From Eledone cirrhosa (Eukaryota): 64,000 bases of DNA. A program made the translations under genes and the position numbers. Position 1 is the first letter of the stretch. Each line of letters begins with the position of its first letter. This document shows positions 63,986 through 64,000 of this stretch, in pieces. Location of the stretch: the NCBI GenBank assembly GCA_964016885.1, contig OZ024741.1:215946001-216010000 (forward strand), given 5' to 3'. A model generated the notes under the pieces. The model did no database searches and was not told where the DNA came from. It was given only the letters and a program-made list of their open reading frames with translations.

Positions 63986-64000
63986 ATATATATATATATA

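Overview
AT-rich, microsatellite-saturated animal genomic DNA. The tRNA-derived SINEs and the repeat landscape resemble Octopus/cephalopod genomes (recognition from memory, not a database result). No host protein-coding gene is securely identifiable; there is only one weak candidate exon. Nearly all ORFs in the supplied track are translations of (TA)n, (CA)n, (GA)n or trinucleotide repeats. The window is dominated by retroelements: three Naiad-like Penelope-like elements (PLEs; RT with a YRDD motif in two of them, C-terminal GIY-YIG in all three), a Neptune-like PLE fragment, a Tx1/L1-type LINE, R4/Dong and RTE fragments, a solo LTR, a putative non-autonomous Helitron and many SINEs. The most striking feature is a dense set of short non-coding fold-back modules, mostly bounded by (TA)n tracts, that derive from PLE pseudo-LTRs (pLTRs). 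Many carry minimal type-I hammerhead ribozyme (HHR) motifs with palindromic stem III, including U3-A8 core variants. Across otherwise unrelated families they share a bipartite downstream motif (TACTCY...GAGTGCT). All ribozyme folds and coordinates were read by eye and may be off by a few bases.
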